Translations under genes and position numbers: made by a program | The notes under the pieces: generated by a model | The model's input: the letters and a program-made list of their open reading frames with translations, nothing else | Told to the model about the DNA's origin: nothing | Database searches by the model: none | NCBI GenBank assembly: GCA_000008085.1 | Contig: AE017199.1 | Span: forward strand, 420,001-452,000 | DNA from: Nanoarchaeum equitans Kin4-M | GTDB taxonomy: Archaea; Nanobdellota; Nanobdellia; Nanobdellales; Nanoarchaeaceae | Length of the DNA stretch: 32,000 bases | Direction: 5' to 3' | Shown: piece after piece, positions 1 to 8,381 of the stretch | How positions within the stretch are numbered: position 1 is the stretch's first letter | Layout: every line of letters begins with the position of its first letter

Positions 1-414
1 GGGGCCGCAGATATAAATAGAGATTTAGCAGACATAAAAGCTATTATGGAAGAAGGACATGTCGCTGCTATTGGTATTGGAGAATCCTCTAGTGAGAATA
101 GACTAATAGAAGCAGTAACTAGGGCCATAAAACATCCATTGTTAGATGTAGATGTTAAGGGCGCCAAAGGTGCTTTAATCTATATAACAGCAGGGCCAGA
201 TTTTAAAATAGATGAACTAAAATCGTTGGAAACATTTGTTAAAAATAATTTAGACAGTAACGCCTATGTTAGCTGGGGTTTAAAAATAAGAGAAGACTTC
301 GGCGAAAAAGTAAGAGTAATAGCAATAGTTACTGGAGTAAAAAGCCCCTATATAATTGGTAAAGACTTTATATCAAGAAAAAAAGATGAGTATGGAATAG
401 ATAAAATTTTGTAA
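1..414 (+). CDS. ftsZ: Cell division GTPase FtsZ, C-terminal part (5' end lies outside the window)
   Basis: Frame 1 is open from base 1 (GAADINRDLADIKAIMEEGHVAAIGIGESSSENRLIEAVTRAIKHPLLDVDVKGAKGALIYITAGPDF...VRVIAIVTGV). This matches the FtsZ C-terminal domain pattern (G.G...G..RA..A...A..SPLL......GA.G.L.NITGG.D..L.E). Confidence 0.85.
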   Translation, partial: GAADINRDLADIKAIMEEGHVAAIGIGESSSENRLIEAVTRAIKHPLLDVDVKGAKGALIYITAGPDFKIDELKSLETFVKNNLDSNAYVSWGLKIREDFGEKVRVIAIVTGVKSPYIIGKDFISRKKDEYGIDKIL

Positions 415-502
415 AACCAGTTTAGCATAATTTTCGAGAATTTTGTTTGATTAAAACAAAACATTGTTGAAATATATTTAAAGAAAAGCTCTATTGTTGT
501 GT

Positions 503-2974
503 ATGTCCGAAGAAGGAATTAAACTAAAAGTAGCAGAAGCGTACCAAGAAGATGTATATTTAGGAAAAGTAAGAGTAGACTACGATGTTCTAGATAGATT
601 AGGATTGTCCCCCGGCGATATAATAGAAATAGAAGGAACCAGAAAAACCTATGCTATTGCTGATGTTTTATATCCAGAAGACCAAGGATTAGGTATAATA
701 AGGATGGATGGTGTAATAAGAAAAAATGCTGGTGTAGGTGTAGGAGAATATGTAATAGTTAGAAAACCACCAAAACCCCAAATAGCGAAAAAAGTAGTAT
801 TAGCCCCAGTAAAAAAGGAAGAACAAATAATCATTGACGAATACTATTTAAGGAATTTACTAAATGGCTTCGTAGTAACTAAAGGAGACTATGTAGTAGT
901 TAGGTTTGATAATTTAGGCTTCTTCATCGATTTTCTACCATTAAAAGAGATGTGGTTCAAAGTAGTTTCTACTAACCCACCAAAAGGCCCAGTAATAATA
1001 GGAAGAGATACAATAATTGAAATTAAACCAGGAGGAGTACAAGAAATACCAGAAGTAACTTACGAAGATATTGGGGGAATGAAAGATGTTATACAAAAGG
1101 TTAGGGAATTAGTTGAATTACCCTTAAGACATCCAGAGATATTTGAAAGGTTAGGCATAGAACCTCCAAAGGGAGTTCTATTATACGGGCCTCCAGGTAC
1201 AGGTAAAACATTATTAGCTAAAGCAGTAGCTAACGAGAGTGGAGCATATTTCATTAGCATAAATGGGCCTGAAATAGTAAGTAAATATGTTGGAGAGAGC
1301 GAAGCAAAATTAAGAGAAATATTCGAGGAAGCACAAAAGAATGCCCCTGCCATTATATTTATAGATGAAATAGACGCTATTGCTCCAAAAAGAGATGAAG
1401 CTGTTGGTGAAGTAGAAAGAAGGCTAGTAGCGCAATTGTTAACTCTAATGGACGGTCTTAAATCTAGAGGGAAAGTAATTGTTATCGCTGCTACAAATAG
1501 ACCTAATGCTTTAGACCCCGCTTTAAGAAGGCCCGGTAGATTCGATAGAGAAATAGAAGTACCTGTCCCAAATGAAGAAGCTAGGTATGAAATATTGAAA
1601 GTACATACTAGAAGAGTCCCATTGGGTAAAAGAGTAGTAGAAAAAGTAGATGGCAAAACAGTTGAAAAGTATGTGCCATTAACTAAAGAGGAGAAAGAAC
1701 AATTGTTAAGAAAATTAGCAGCAATGACGCATGGTTTCGTTGGGGCTGATTTGGCAGCCCTAGTTAAAGAAGCAGCTATGAACGCTATTAGAAGAGTAAT
1801 ACCAGACATATTAGCTTTAAAAGAAGAGAAATTGCCTAAAGAATTATTAGAAAAATTAATGGTTACTGAAGAAGACTTCAAAGAAGCATTAAAGATGGTT
1901 ACCCCTTCTGCGATGAGAGAATTCTATATAGAAATACCAAAGGTTAAATGGGAAGATATTGGTGGTTTAGAAGAAGTTAAACAAGAACTAAGAGAAACTG
2001 TCGAATGGCCCTTGAAATATAGAATAGAAGAATTGGGTATCAAACCTCCAAAAGGTGTTCTATTATATGGTCCTCCTGGAACTGGTAAAACATTGTTAGC
2101 TAAAGCTGCTGCTAGTGAAAGTGGGGCTAACTTTATTGCAGTCAAAGGACCAGAGATATTGAATAAATGGGTTGGTGAAAGCGAAAGAGCCATAAGAGAG
2201 ATATTTAGAAAGGCTAAACAAGCTGCTCCCGCTATTATATTTATAGATGAAATTGATGCCATTGCCCCAGCAAGGGGTAGCGATGTTAATAGAGTAACCG
2301 ATAGGATAGTAAACCAATTATTAACAGAAATGGATGGCATTACCGATAGGGGAGATGTTATTGTAATTGGCGCAACTAATAGACCAGATATATTAGATCC
2401 AGCATTGCTAAGACCTGGTAGGTTTGATAGGGTTATATATGTACCACCACCAGACAAAAAAGCTAGAGTAGAGATATTCAAAATACATGCTAGGAAAATA
2501 CCTAAAGACCCTGAGCTAAAAGAAAGATTTGAAGAGTTCAAGAAAAACTTAGAGAAACTAAAGGAAATAAAACCCGATATAGATATAGAAAAATACAAGA
2601 ACTTGTCATTAGAGGAAGCGTTAGAATTATATAAGAAATCCAAGGAATTTAGAGATATAGTAGATACAGTATTGTTCTATATACCATTGGCAGAAAAAAC
2701 TGAAGGATATACTGGAGCAGACATAGAAGCAGTAGTAAGAGAGGCTGTAATGTTAGCATTAAGAGAATTGTTCGAACAAGCTAAAAAAGAAAAATGGGAT
2801 GACAAGAAAATAAATGAAATGATTGGAAAACTAAAAGTTAAAATGAAACATTTCGAAAAAGCCTTAGAAAAAGTTGGACCAAGCGTAGATAAAGAAACTA
2901 TAAGAGCATACGAAGAGTTTGCCAAAAACTTTAGGAAAAGAATAAACAAAAAGAACAACCCCTACTTAGGATAA
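503..2974 (+). CDS. cdc48: Cdc48/VCP/VAT-type double AAA+ ATPase
   Basis: It has a Cdc48 N-domain ([16 protein letters not shown]...[19 protein letters not shown]). There are two AAA modules, each with Walker A GPPGTGKT, Walker [10 protein letters not shown] and [18 protein letters not shown]. The ORF opens at TTG 494, but ATG 503 lies exactly 20 nt after the TTTAAAG box ending at 483, so I prefer it. Confidence 0.95.
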   Translation: MSEEGIKLKVAEAYQEDVYLGKVRVDYDVLDRLGLSPGDIIEIEGTRKTYAIADVLYPEDQGLGIIRMDGVIRKNAGVGVGEYVIVRKPPKPQIAKKVVLAPVKKEEQIIIDEYYLRNLLNGFVVTKGDYVVVRFDNLGFFIDFLPLKEMWFKVVSTNPPKGPVIIGRDTIIEIKPGGVQEIPEVTYEDIGGMKDVIQKVRELVELPLRHPEIFERLGIEPPKGVLLYGPPGTGKTLLAKAVANESGAYFISINGPEIVSKYVGESEAKLREIFEEAQKNAPAIIFIDEIDAIAPKRDEAVGEVERRLVAQLLTLMDGLKSRGKVIVIAATNRPNALDPALRRPGRFDREIEVPVPNEEARYEILKVHTRRVPLGKRVVEKVDGKTVEKYVPLTKEEKEQLLRKLAAMTHGFVGADLAALVKEAAMNAIRRVIPDILALKEEKLPKELLEKLMVTEEDFKEALKMVTPSAMREFYIEIPKVKWEDIGGLEEVKQELRETVEWPLKYRIEELGIKPPKGVLLYGPPGTGKTLLAKAAASESGANFIAVKGPEILNKWVGESERAIREIFRKAKQAAPAIIFIDEIDAIAPARGSDVNRVTDRIVNQLLTEMDGITDRGDVIVIGATNRPDILDPALLRPGRFDRVIYVPPPDKKARVEIFKIHARKIPKDPELKERFEEFKKNLEKLKEIKPDIDIEKYKNLSLEEALELYKKSKEFRDIVDTVLFYIPLAEKTEGYTGADIEAVVREAVMLALRELFEQAKKEKWDDKKINEMIGKLKVKMKHFEKALEKVGPSVDKETIRAYEEFAKNFRKRINKKNNPYLG

Positions 2975-3477
2975 ATTTTTTCTTTTAGTTTATTGTATAT
3001 TTCTACTAACACGGCTTTTTCATTGTCCTTTAACATTTTGTATTCATCTTCTACTTGCTTCTCGTAGTATTTTTTATAAAATTCATTTAATACTGGAATT
3101 TTTATTTCAGGGTCTTTCTTTTTAGTATAATTTTTTATTGTAACAGAAATATCGCCCTTAGTATCATAACCATCAACTCTAATTTGTATATAGAAAGCAC
3201 TATATAGTTTGGCATTTCCTACGCTATCTCTATTGCCTTTTGTTAGAATACTAATTCTATAATATCTTTTGCCTTGAAAGACCATTTCTTTATATTCAAC
3301 AAATGGGATAGCCAATATAGGTTTTTGTTCTACCATTGATTTGCCCAAAGCGTTTTTCACTATATCTATCAAATCTTTTATCTCTATTGCGCCAGAAAAA
3401 TTCAAAGTATACTCATAATTCTTTTCCCAGCTCTCTAATTTGTTTAATATCTCTTCTATTAATTTAGAGGGAGACAA
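2962..3477 (-). CDS. Hypothetical protein (171 aa), no recognisable motif
   Basis: Long ORF with Lys/Glu/Ile-rich composition like its neighbours. It overlaps the upstream gene by 14 nt (operon-like) and converges on the cdc48 stop with a 13-nt overlap. Confidence 0.55.
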   Translation of the reverse strand: MSPSKLIEEILNKLESWEKNYEYTLNFSGAIEIKDLIDIVKNALGKSMVEQKPILAIPFVEYKEMVFQGKRYYRISILTKGNRDSVGNAKLYSAFYIQIRVDGYDTKGDISVTIKNYTKKKDPEIKIPVLNEFYKKYYEKQVEDEYKMLKDNEKAVLVEIYNKLKEKIYPK

Positions 3478-4315
3478 TTTGTTTTGCTATTTCTTTTAGC
3501 TCGTGCAACTTAGATTCATATTCGGCAAACTTTTTATAAAATACTTCTATATACTTTTTAAGTTTTGTTATTTTTTCATTGGCGTTGCTTAGGGAATATA
3601 ATATAGCATCTATTTCGCTTAAGGATTGGACAACAAATATGCCTTTAGTTTTTAGTATGTTTGGCTCTGCTTTAACCTCTTTGGCATGGAATATCTTTAT
3701 ATTTGGGCTTATTCCTAATAATTCTAATTTTCCTAAAAAGGTTGCAATTTTTTCATTATCCAATATATCGCTATATAATACTACATATACTGGTACACCC
3801 ATCACTATTTTCTTACCTATAGTTAAGCCATCTTTCTTTATTATTGTATATCCATGCTTTGTTAATATACCTTCGATATCGTTTTTAGGTTCTACTTTTG
3901 GTTCTTCTTTCTTTTGTTCCAAATCTATGTTAAAATTAATCTTTTTCCTTACCCCAATAGGAATTATTTCATTTAACCTATCTAATTCAAATTCCTTATC
4001 TAATGCCCTTAGTTTAATGGGTATAACCAAAAAATAGTCTCCTTCAGGCATCTTATTTAAGTATATGTCAGAAATTGTATTCTCTATTATAGTTACATGC
4101 CCTTCATATTTGTTGCTCTTTTCATCAAATACATATACTGCTATATCCGCTACCAATGGTTCGTCATTAAATAACTCTTTTAGCAAATCTCCAAGTTTTT
4201 TACCTTTTACTTTTACATTATCTAGTATTGCTTGCAATAGTTGGTCTTTGTTTGATGGGGTTATATAAAAGGAATCCTCAACTTGGCCTTTCTCTTTGGC
4301 CCTAATTAAGAACAT
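3464..4315 (-). CDS. Hypothetical protein (283 aa)
   Basis: Long ORF with an ATG start. A TTATTAAAT box on the minus strand ends 19 nt before the ATG. I recognise no family motif. Confidence 0.6.
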   Translation of the reverse strand: MFLIRAKEKGQVEDSFYITPSNKDQLLQAILDNVKVKGKKLGDLLKELFNDEPLVADIAVYVFDEKSNKYEGHVTIIENTISDIYLNKMPEGDYFLVIPIKLRALDKEFELDRLNEIIPIGVRKKINFNIDLEQKKEEPKVEPKNDIEGILTKHGYTIIKKDGLTIGKKIVMGVPVYVVLYSDILDNEKIATFLGKLELLGISPNIKIFHAKEVKAEPNILKTKGIFVVQSLSEIDAILYSLSNANEKITKLKKYIEVFYKKFAEYESKLHELKEIAKQIVSL

Positions 4316-4349
4316 GATAGAAATTGCTTAAACATTTAATAAGTGTTTT

Positions 4350-4703
4350 TTATTTACTAATCAATAGATAATCTTCTTTTGGTATTATTTTTATATGGCC
4401 TTTTCCTATCCCTACTATTTTTATTGGGGTTTTCCCTTGGTAATAGAAATTTCCACAATATACTAACAAACTATTAGTTTTACCATGTATGGTGCAATCT
4501 CCTAAATCAGTTTCTATAGCTTTACCAGTTTTATTAACATATAAAGCCAAAGCGTTTATTCGATAAAAATTAGCAATAGCCAAATTTTTTTGAACATCAT
4601 TAGATATAGTTTTTAGCACATTAATTAGATGGTAAACAACATTGATAGCAGTAGCCCCAACTAGGGCGTAAAAGACTAATGTAAATATACTGCTACGCCT
4701 CAA
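4350..4703 (-). CDS. Hypothetical small protein with an N-terminal hydrophobic anchor (117 aa)
   Basis: MRRSSIFTLVFYALVGATAINVVYHLINVL is basic residues followed by a roughly 22-aa hydrophobic helix. The ORF overlaps the rps4e stop by 11 nt. Confidence 0.5.
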   Translation of the reverse strand: MRRSSIFTLVFYALVGATAINVVYHLINVLKTISNDVQKNLAIANFYRINALALYVNKTGKAIETDLGDCTIHGKTNSLLVYCGNFYYQGKTPIKIVGIGKGHIKIIPKEDYLLISK

Positions 4704-5397
4704 AATTTTCTGGGACTGGAATTATATTGTCTAACCATGTCTCTCCTACTTCGCCTGCAACTTCTAATCGTACTATGTTTGGCCAGGGCATGTCTGTTTT
4801 TATTACTTCTTTTATTACTCCAATCCTACCAGTGTGCTTTCCTCTTATTATATAAGCTTTTCTGTCCTTTTCCAATGGAATTACTTCTCTAATTTTGAAA
4901 TTCGGAATTTCATATACTACACCATAGTGAGTTTTATATGAATTATCTCCTAAAAATGTTCTACCATCTGTTAAAGTGTATTGTATTTTTCCTCCCCTAA
5001 CACTAACTTTTCTTATTATTTTGCCATATTTTATGTTTGCTTCCTCTTTATCTATTTTTTTCAAATAAAGTTTTCCCCTTTCATCTAGCAAAACTCTATA
5101 ATACTCGTTAATTTCAGGGATAGCTAGTACATCAAACAATCCTACTGGGAATTTATAATCCTTTATTGGTCTCCCATCTACTAATACTTTGCCATTGTTT
5201 AACAAATATCTAACTTCTCTCATGTTTTCTGCCAATCCTAAATAATCTCTAAGCCAAACAGCGATAGGCATTGCAAACTCTTTAGAATGGGGACCAGGAG
5301 ATGGTTTAACGATCCAATAACCCCTACTCTTTCTAGGGACTGGCCAAGTTCTTGGTACAGCTAAGCTTCTTAGATGTCTCTTAATATAGGTGGGCAT
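4693..5397 (-). CDS. rps4e: 30S ribosomal protein S4e (eS4)
   Basis: MPTYIKRHLRSLAVPRTWPVPRKSRGYWIVKPSPGPHS...VLVDGRPIKDYKFPVGLFDVLAI is the typical eS4 N-terminus, S4 and KOW pattern. Confidence 0.95.
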   Translation of the reverse strand: MPTYIKRHLRSLAVPRTWPVPRKSRGYWIVKPSPGPHSKEFAMPIAVWLRDYLGLAENMREVRYLLNNGKVLVDGRPIKDYKFPVGLFDVLAIPEINEYYRVLLDERGKLYLKKIDKEEANIKYGKIIRKVSVRGGKIQYTLTDGRTFLGDNSYKTHYGVVYEIPNFKIREVIPLEKDRKAYIIRGKHTGRIGVIKEVIKTDMPWPNIVRLEVAGEVGETWLDNIIPVPENFEA

Positions 5398-5419
5398 TTA
5401 GGAAAATTTGTTATCCTAT

Positions 5420-6943
5420 TTATAAATTTAGGTTTTCCATAATAATCTCGAACCCGCTTACGGGGAAAACGATACCATATTTTTCTAACACATTGGGGTC
5501 TATTTCTCCAGCATAGGCCTTAAATTTATCATTAACAAATTCTGCTGTTCTACCTTCTAAAAAGTATTTATGTTTCCCTTCTTTTATTTCGTAATTAATA
5601 CCTAACTCTTTTAATAGGAAAGCTAATTTTGATGCTGCTTTATTGTAATCACTATCCTCTGAAAGAGACAAATATACTATACTCCAATATGGTTTTTCTC
5701 TATATATTCTACCAAATTCAAATATTTCTATAGGGGCTTTATATTGATTGTTTGCCAAAAACTTTAATAATGGGTGTATTAAGCTGTCTCTTAGATAGGA
5801 ATAATTAGAACTAACTGGATTCTTTATTGGGATTATTCCTTTGTCTGTTAAAGCAATGGTATAAACTTCTGTGGCTCCTAAGCCCAACAATAATTTTCTT
5901 ATATCATTATATAATTGTATTGTTTTATTGAATTGCCCATGTGATTTGTATTCTTGGTAAGGCAAATAATCGTATCCTTTAATTATCATATAATCCTCAG
6001 CTATGTCTGTGAAATCATATATATCAAACCTATAGGTTAACCAACTAACTTTATTACCGTCTATGTCATATCTTGCTTTTCTTAATAGTTCGGGTTCAAC
6101 TTTTATACCTAACCAATCTTCAATGTCTTTCCAATTTACTTCCATTGTTCTTTTTTCTATTTTATATACTTTCTCTTCGTTGTTTTTTATTATTTTAACT
6201 GTTTCAGCATACTCAGCTATTTCTAATAGGTTAGCAACTATTGCGTTTAACGTTCTATGAACTCTTCTTTCATCTATACCTGTCACATCTATAAACAAAT
6301 CGGTTGTATCTTCTCTAATTCTACCAACTGTATTAGAATTTATTATTGGGGGGAAACTCAATATTTTCCCTTCGCTATCCATTAATACTTCATAATATTT
6401 AACTAAATGTTTATATTTTTTGCCTTTTTCCGTTTCAAGTATTTCCTTTAAAGTTAGCTCTTTGTTATAGCCTAATGGAACAAACTTTGTATTGGGATCT
6501 ACTTCTTTATAATACAAGGGGAATTTTATCATTTTGAAATTATGTATCCCAATCGCAACATATTTTCTATCTCTCCCATAGTTTTTTGCTAAGGTTTCTT
6601 GCATTTGTATTATGTATTTCAATGTTTCTTTATCCATTGATACATTTCTTACTACTGCGGCTGCGACATATGGTCTATTCCTAGAATAATTGTATAAAAC
6701 ATAATTTCCTTCTTTTATCTTATAGTCTGGCAAGCCCTCTTCTATTCCTTTTATTCCTTTTAGCTCTCTTGCTATCCCAAAAACGCTCCATAAGTCTATT
6801 CTTTCTGTGTCTTTGACTTCGATTTTCCAGATATTTCCATCAATGCTGTCTAATTCTGCTTTGATTTTTGGCAAATCCTCTATTTCTAAATCTAAATCAA
6901 ATTTGTCCTTAAGATATTTGGTGTCTATAGAAATAATGGGCAT
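5420..6943 (-). CDS. pheT: Phenylalanyl-tRNA synthetase beta subunit (archaeal type)
   Basis: The N-terminus ([15 protein letters not shown]...) matches the archaeal PheT N-terminal pattern, and size (507 aa) and layout fit. The TTATAAAT box on the minus strand ends at 6963, exactly 20 nt from the ATG at 6943. Confidence 0.88.
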   Translation of the reverse strand: MPIISIDTKYLKDKFDLDLEIEDLPKIKAELDSIDGNIWKIEVKDTERIDLWSVFGIARELKGIKGIEEGLPDYKIKEGNYVLYNYSRNRPYVAAAVVRNVSMDKETLKYIIQMQETLAKNYGRDRKYVAIGIHNFKMIKFPLYYKEVDPNTKFVPLGYNKELTLKEILETEKGKKYKHLVKYYEVLMDSEGKILSFPPIINSNTVGRIREDTTDLFIDVTGIDERRVHRTLNAIVANLLEIAEYAETVKIIKNNEEKVYKIEKRTMEVNWKDIEDWLGIKVEPELLRKARYDIDGNKVSWLTYRFDIYDFTDIAEDYMIIKGYDYLPYQEYKSHGQFNKTIQLYNDIRKLLLGLGATEVYTIALTDKGIIPIKNPVSSNYSYLRDSLIHPLLKFLANNQYKAPIEIFEFGRIYREKPYWSIVYLSLSEDSDYNKAASKLAFLLKELGINYEIKEGKHKYFLEGRTAEFVNDKFKAYAGEIDPNVLEKYGIVFPVSGFEIIMENLNL

Positions 6944-6993
6944 ATATTTCGGTATCGATATTATTTATAAACACACTATTGATATTTTCAACA

Positions 6994-7401
6994 ATGGCTA
7001 AGGAATTCAGATACAAGGGATATACTTTACAAGAATTAGAGCAAATGTCTTTAGAGGAATTAGCTAAAATAATGCCTGCAAGGCAAAGGAGAACCTTATT
7101 GAGAAGGCTAAAGTTTGGATGGAGTGACCAACAAAAGAAGCTATTCAAGAAAATATTGTTAGCAAAAGAAGGTAAATACAAAAAACCAATAAAAACCCAC
7201 GCTAGAAACACAATAATATTGCCATTTATGGTTGGTGTTACAGTACATGTCTACAATGGAAAAGAATATGTCCCAGTTCAAATAAAACCAGAGATGATAG
7301 GCCATTATTTAGGGGAATTCAGCTTTACTACTAAGAGACCCAAGCACAGCGCCCCAGGTATAGGTGCAACAAGGTCTAGCGCGCACGTATCTAAGAAGTA
7401 A
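6994..7401 (+). CDS. rps19: 30S ribosomal protein S19 (uS19)
   Basis: [67 protein letters not shown] is the canonical uS19 core. The ORF opens at TTG 6979; ATG 6994 (MAKEFRYKG) is the more likely start. Confidence 0.95.
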   Translation: MAKEFRYKGYTLQELEQMSLEELAKIMPARQRRTLLRRLKFGWSDQQKKLFKKILLAKEGKYKKPIKTHARNTIILPFMVGVTVHVYNGKEYVPVQIKPEMIGHYLGEFSFTTKRPKHSAPGIGATRSSAHVSKK

Positions 7402-7404
7402 AAT

Positions 7405-7413
7405 TTTTTAAAT
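7405..7413 (+). promoter_or_regulatory. TATA/box-A element of tRNA-Arg (TTTTTAAAT), ending 20 nt before G1
   Basis: TTTTTAAAT, then 19 nt, then G7433, which is mature tRNA position 1. The same box and spacing occur at the tRNA-Val, tRNA-Glu 5' half and sRNA genes. Confidence 0.7.
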
Positions 7414-7432
7414 AATATTTTTATCCAACTCT

Positions 7433-7506
7433 GGGCCCGTAGCTCAGCTTGGTAGAGCGGCGGCCTCCTAAGCCGTAGGTCGCGGGTTCGAATCCCGCCG
7501 GGCCCG
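7433..7506 (+). tRNA. tRNA-Arg (anticodon CCU), no encoded CCA
   Basis: Manual cloverleaf: GGGCCCG UA GCUC AGCUUGGUA GAGC G GCGGC CUCCUAA GCCGU AGGUC GCGGG UUCGAAU CCCGC CGGGCCC G. The next bases are GAA, so no CCA is encoded. Confidence 0.95.
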
Positions 7507-7511
7507 GAATA

Positions 7512-7520
7512 TTTTTAAAC
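7512..7520 (+). promoter_or_regulatory. TATA/box-A element (TTTTTAAAC) of the H/ACA-like sRNA
   Basis: TTTTTAAAC, then 19 nt, then G7540, the first base of the lower stem. The spacing is identical to that of the tRNA genes. Confidence 0.55.
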
Positions 7521-7539
7521 TCTTATATAAATATACGCT

Positions 7540-7599
7540 GCCCCGCTTGCCATGGTCGGCATGACAAAAAATGAATGCCGATCCTCCGGCGGGGCTACA
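7540..7599 (+). ncRNA. Candidate single-hairpin H/ACA box guide sRNA
   Basis: This is a GC-rich island in AT-rich DNA. The lower stem pairs 7540-7547 with 7588-7595 (GCCCCGCU/GGCGGGGC). The internal loop is 7548-7554 / 7583-7587. The upper stem pairs 7555-7562 with 7575-7582. The apical loop GACAAAAAAUGA can form tandem G.A pairs. An ACA box lies at 7597-7599, 14 nt from the top of the 3' pocket strand, followed by UUUGUUU. The pocket is complementary to 16S positions 13338-13350 of this window. Confidence 0.6.
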
Positions 7600-8287
7600 T
7601 TTGTTTCGCTAATAAATAAGTTTCCAAATATTTTTTCATCTTTTCCGCGATCTCTTTATCGATTTTTTCTATTTCTTCTATAGAGATTTCTTCAGGGGAT
7701 TTAAACTCTATTATATCTGGTATCTCGGCATCTGGTTTTAGTATTGTAACATGTATGCCTGCTACACCAGGTTTCAAATATGCTATGTTAAATGCCCTAT
7801 CCAATTCGAATTGGCCTATTGTTCCGGTTTTTCTTAGATTGCCGGCTTTGAAACGCCATGTTTTCCCTCTTTGTCCGGATAGCCTACCAGCAATTACTAT
7901 CTCTGCTCCTATAGCACCAGCATTCATTATTGTTTCTAAATATCTTTGTGCTAACCTTCTATAGGCTCTTATGTTTCTTTCTATACCCATGGCTAACCTT
8001 TCAGCAATGACATGTGCATCTAAATTGGGATTTTCTATGGGTAATACTTCTATTACTGGTTTTTCTAACCCGAATTTCAATTCTAATAGTTTAGCCAAAT
8101 GGGCTTTTCTCTCTTCACTAATCATCTTTGGTCTGGCAGAATAAATTATTACTCTATTAACTATAGGGGTTTGTCTTATTATTACTTTAGATACATTAGC
8201 GCCCCTTAAGTATAGCCTAATAAATTCCTGGCTAAATACTGTAAGTTTTGCATTTTGGATGAATTTCCTAATAACTTTGGATGCCAT
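7595..8287 (-). CDS. rps3: 30S ribosomal protein S3 (uS3)
   Basis: KH and S3-C pattern: ...VIIRQTPIVNRVIIYSARPKMI...AIGAEIVIAGRLSGQRGKTWRFKAGNLRKTG...AGIHVTILKPD. The ORF opens at TTG 8305. ATG 8287 (MASKVIRKF) lies 20 nt from the TATAAAAT box ending at 8307, so I prefer it. Confidence 0.93.
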   Translation of the reverse strand: MASKVIRKFIQNAKLTVFSQEFIRLYLRGANVSKVIIRQTPIVNRVIIYSARPKMISEERKAHLAKLLELKFGLEKPVIEVLPIENPNLDAHVIAERLAMGIERNIRAYRRLAQRYLETIMNAGAIGAEIVIAGRLSGQRGKTWRFKAGNLRKTGTIGQFELDRAFNIAYLKPGVAGIHVTILKPDAEIPDIIEFKSPEEISIEEIEKIDKEIAEKMKKYLETYLLAKQM

Positions 8288-8381
8288 TTGTAAAGCTTTT
8301 TGCAATATTTTATAAATTCACACCTGTTATTACCACTATCTCTTAATAAACATTTTTAAATAATAGATATATTTTTTACCT

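Noticed and set aside
441-461. AT-only inverted repeat TTTTGTTT-GATTA-AAACAAAA between ftsZ and cdc48.
   Set aside because: An 8-bp A/T stem is unlikely to be stable at hyperthermophilic temperatures. The T-runs alone suffice as an archaeal terminator for ftsZ. It is not distinctive enough to call.
649-2958. Antisense ORFs within cdc48 (649-834, 1060-1881, 1924-2643, 2096-2317 and 2677-2958, minus strand).
   Set aside because: They are shadow frames of a strongly supported AAA+ gene. Their translations are Ser/Phe/Leu/Asn-rich low complexity, with no motifs and no promoter boxes.
2950-2974. Cdc48 C-terminus (...NNPYLG) checked for a proteasome-docking HbYX motif.
   Set aside because: The Tyr is at position -3 rather than the penultimate position, so it does not fit the hydrophobic-Tyr-X rule. 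No claim is made.
7540-7599. Possibility that the GC-rich hairpin is another split-tRNA half or merely a bidirectional terminator.
   Set aside because: It has no acceptor/D-arm pattern (no AGCUCAG..GG..A) and no T arm (GUUCRAAUC), so it is not a tRNA half. A plain terminator would not explain the ACA box at the correct spacing, the dedicated promoter box at -20, or the 5+6 bp pocket match to 16S. The terminator idea is kept only as the null hypothesis.
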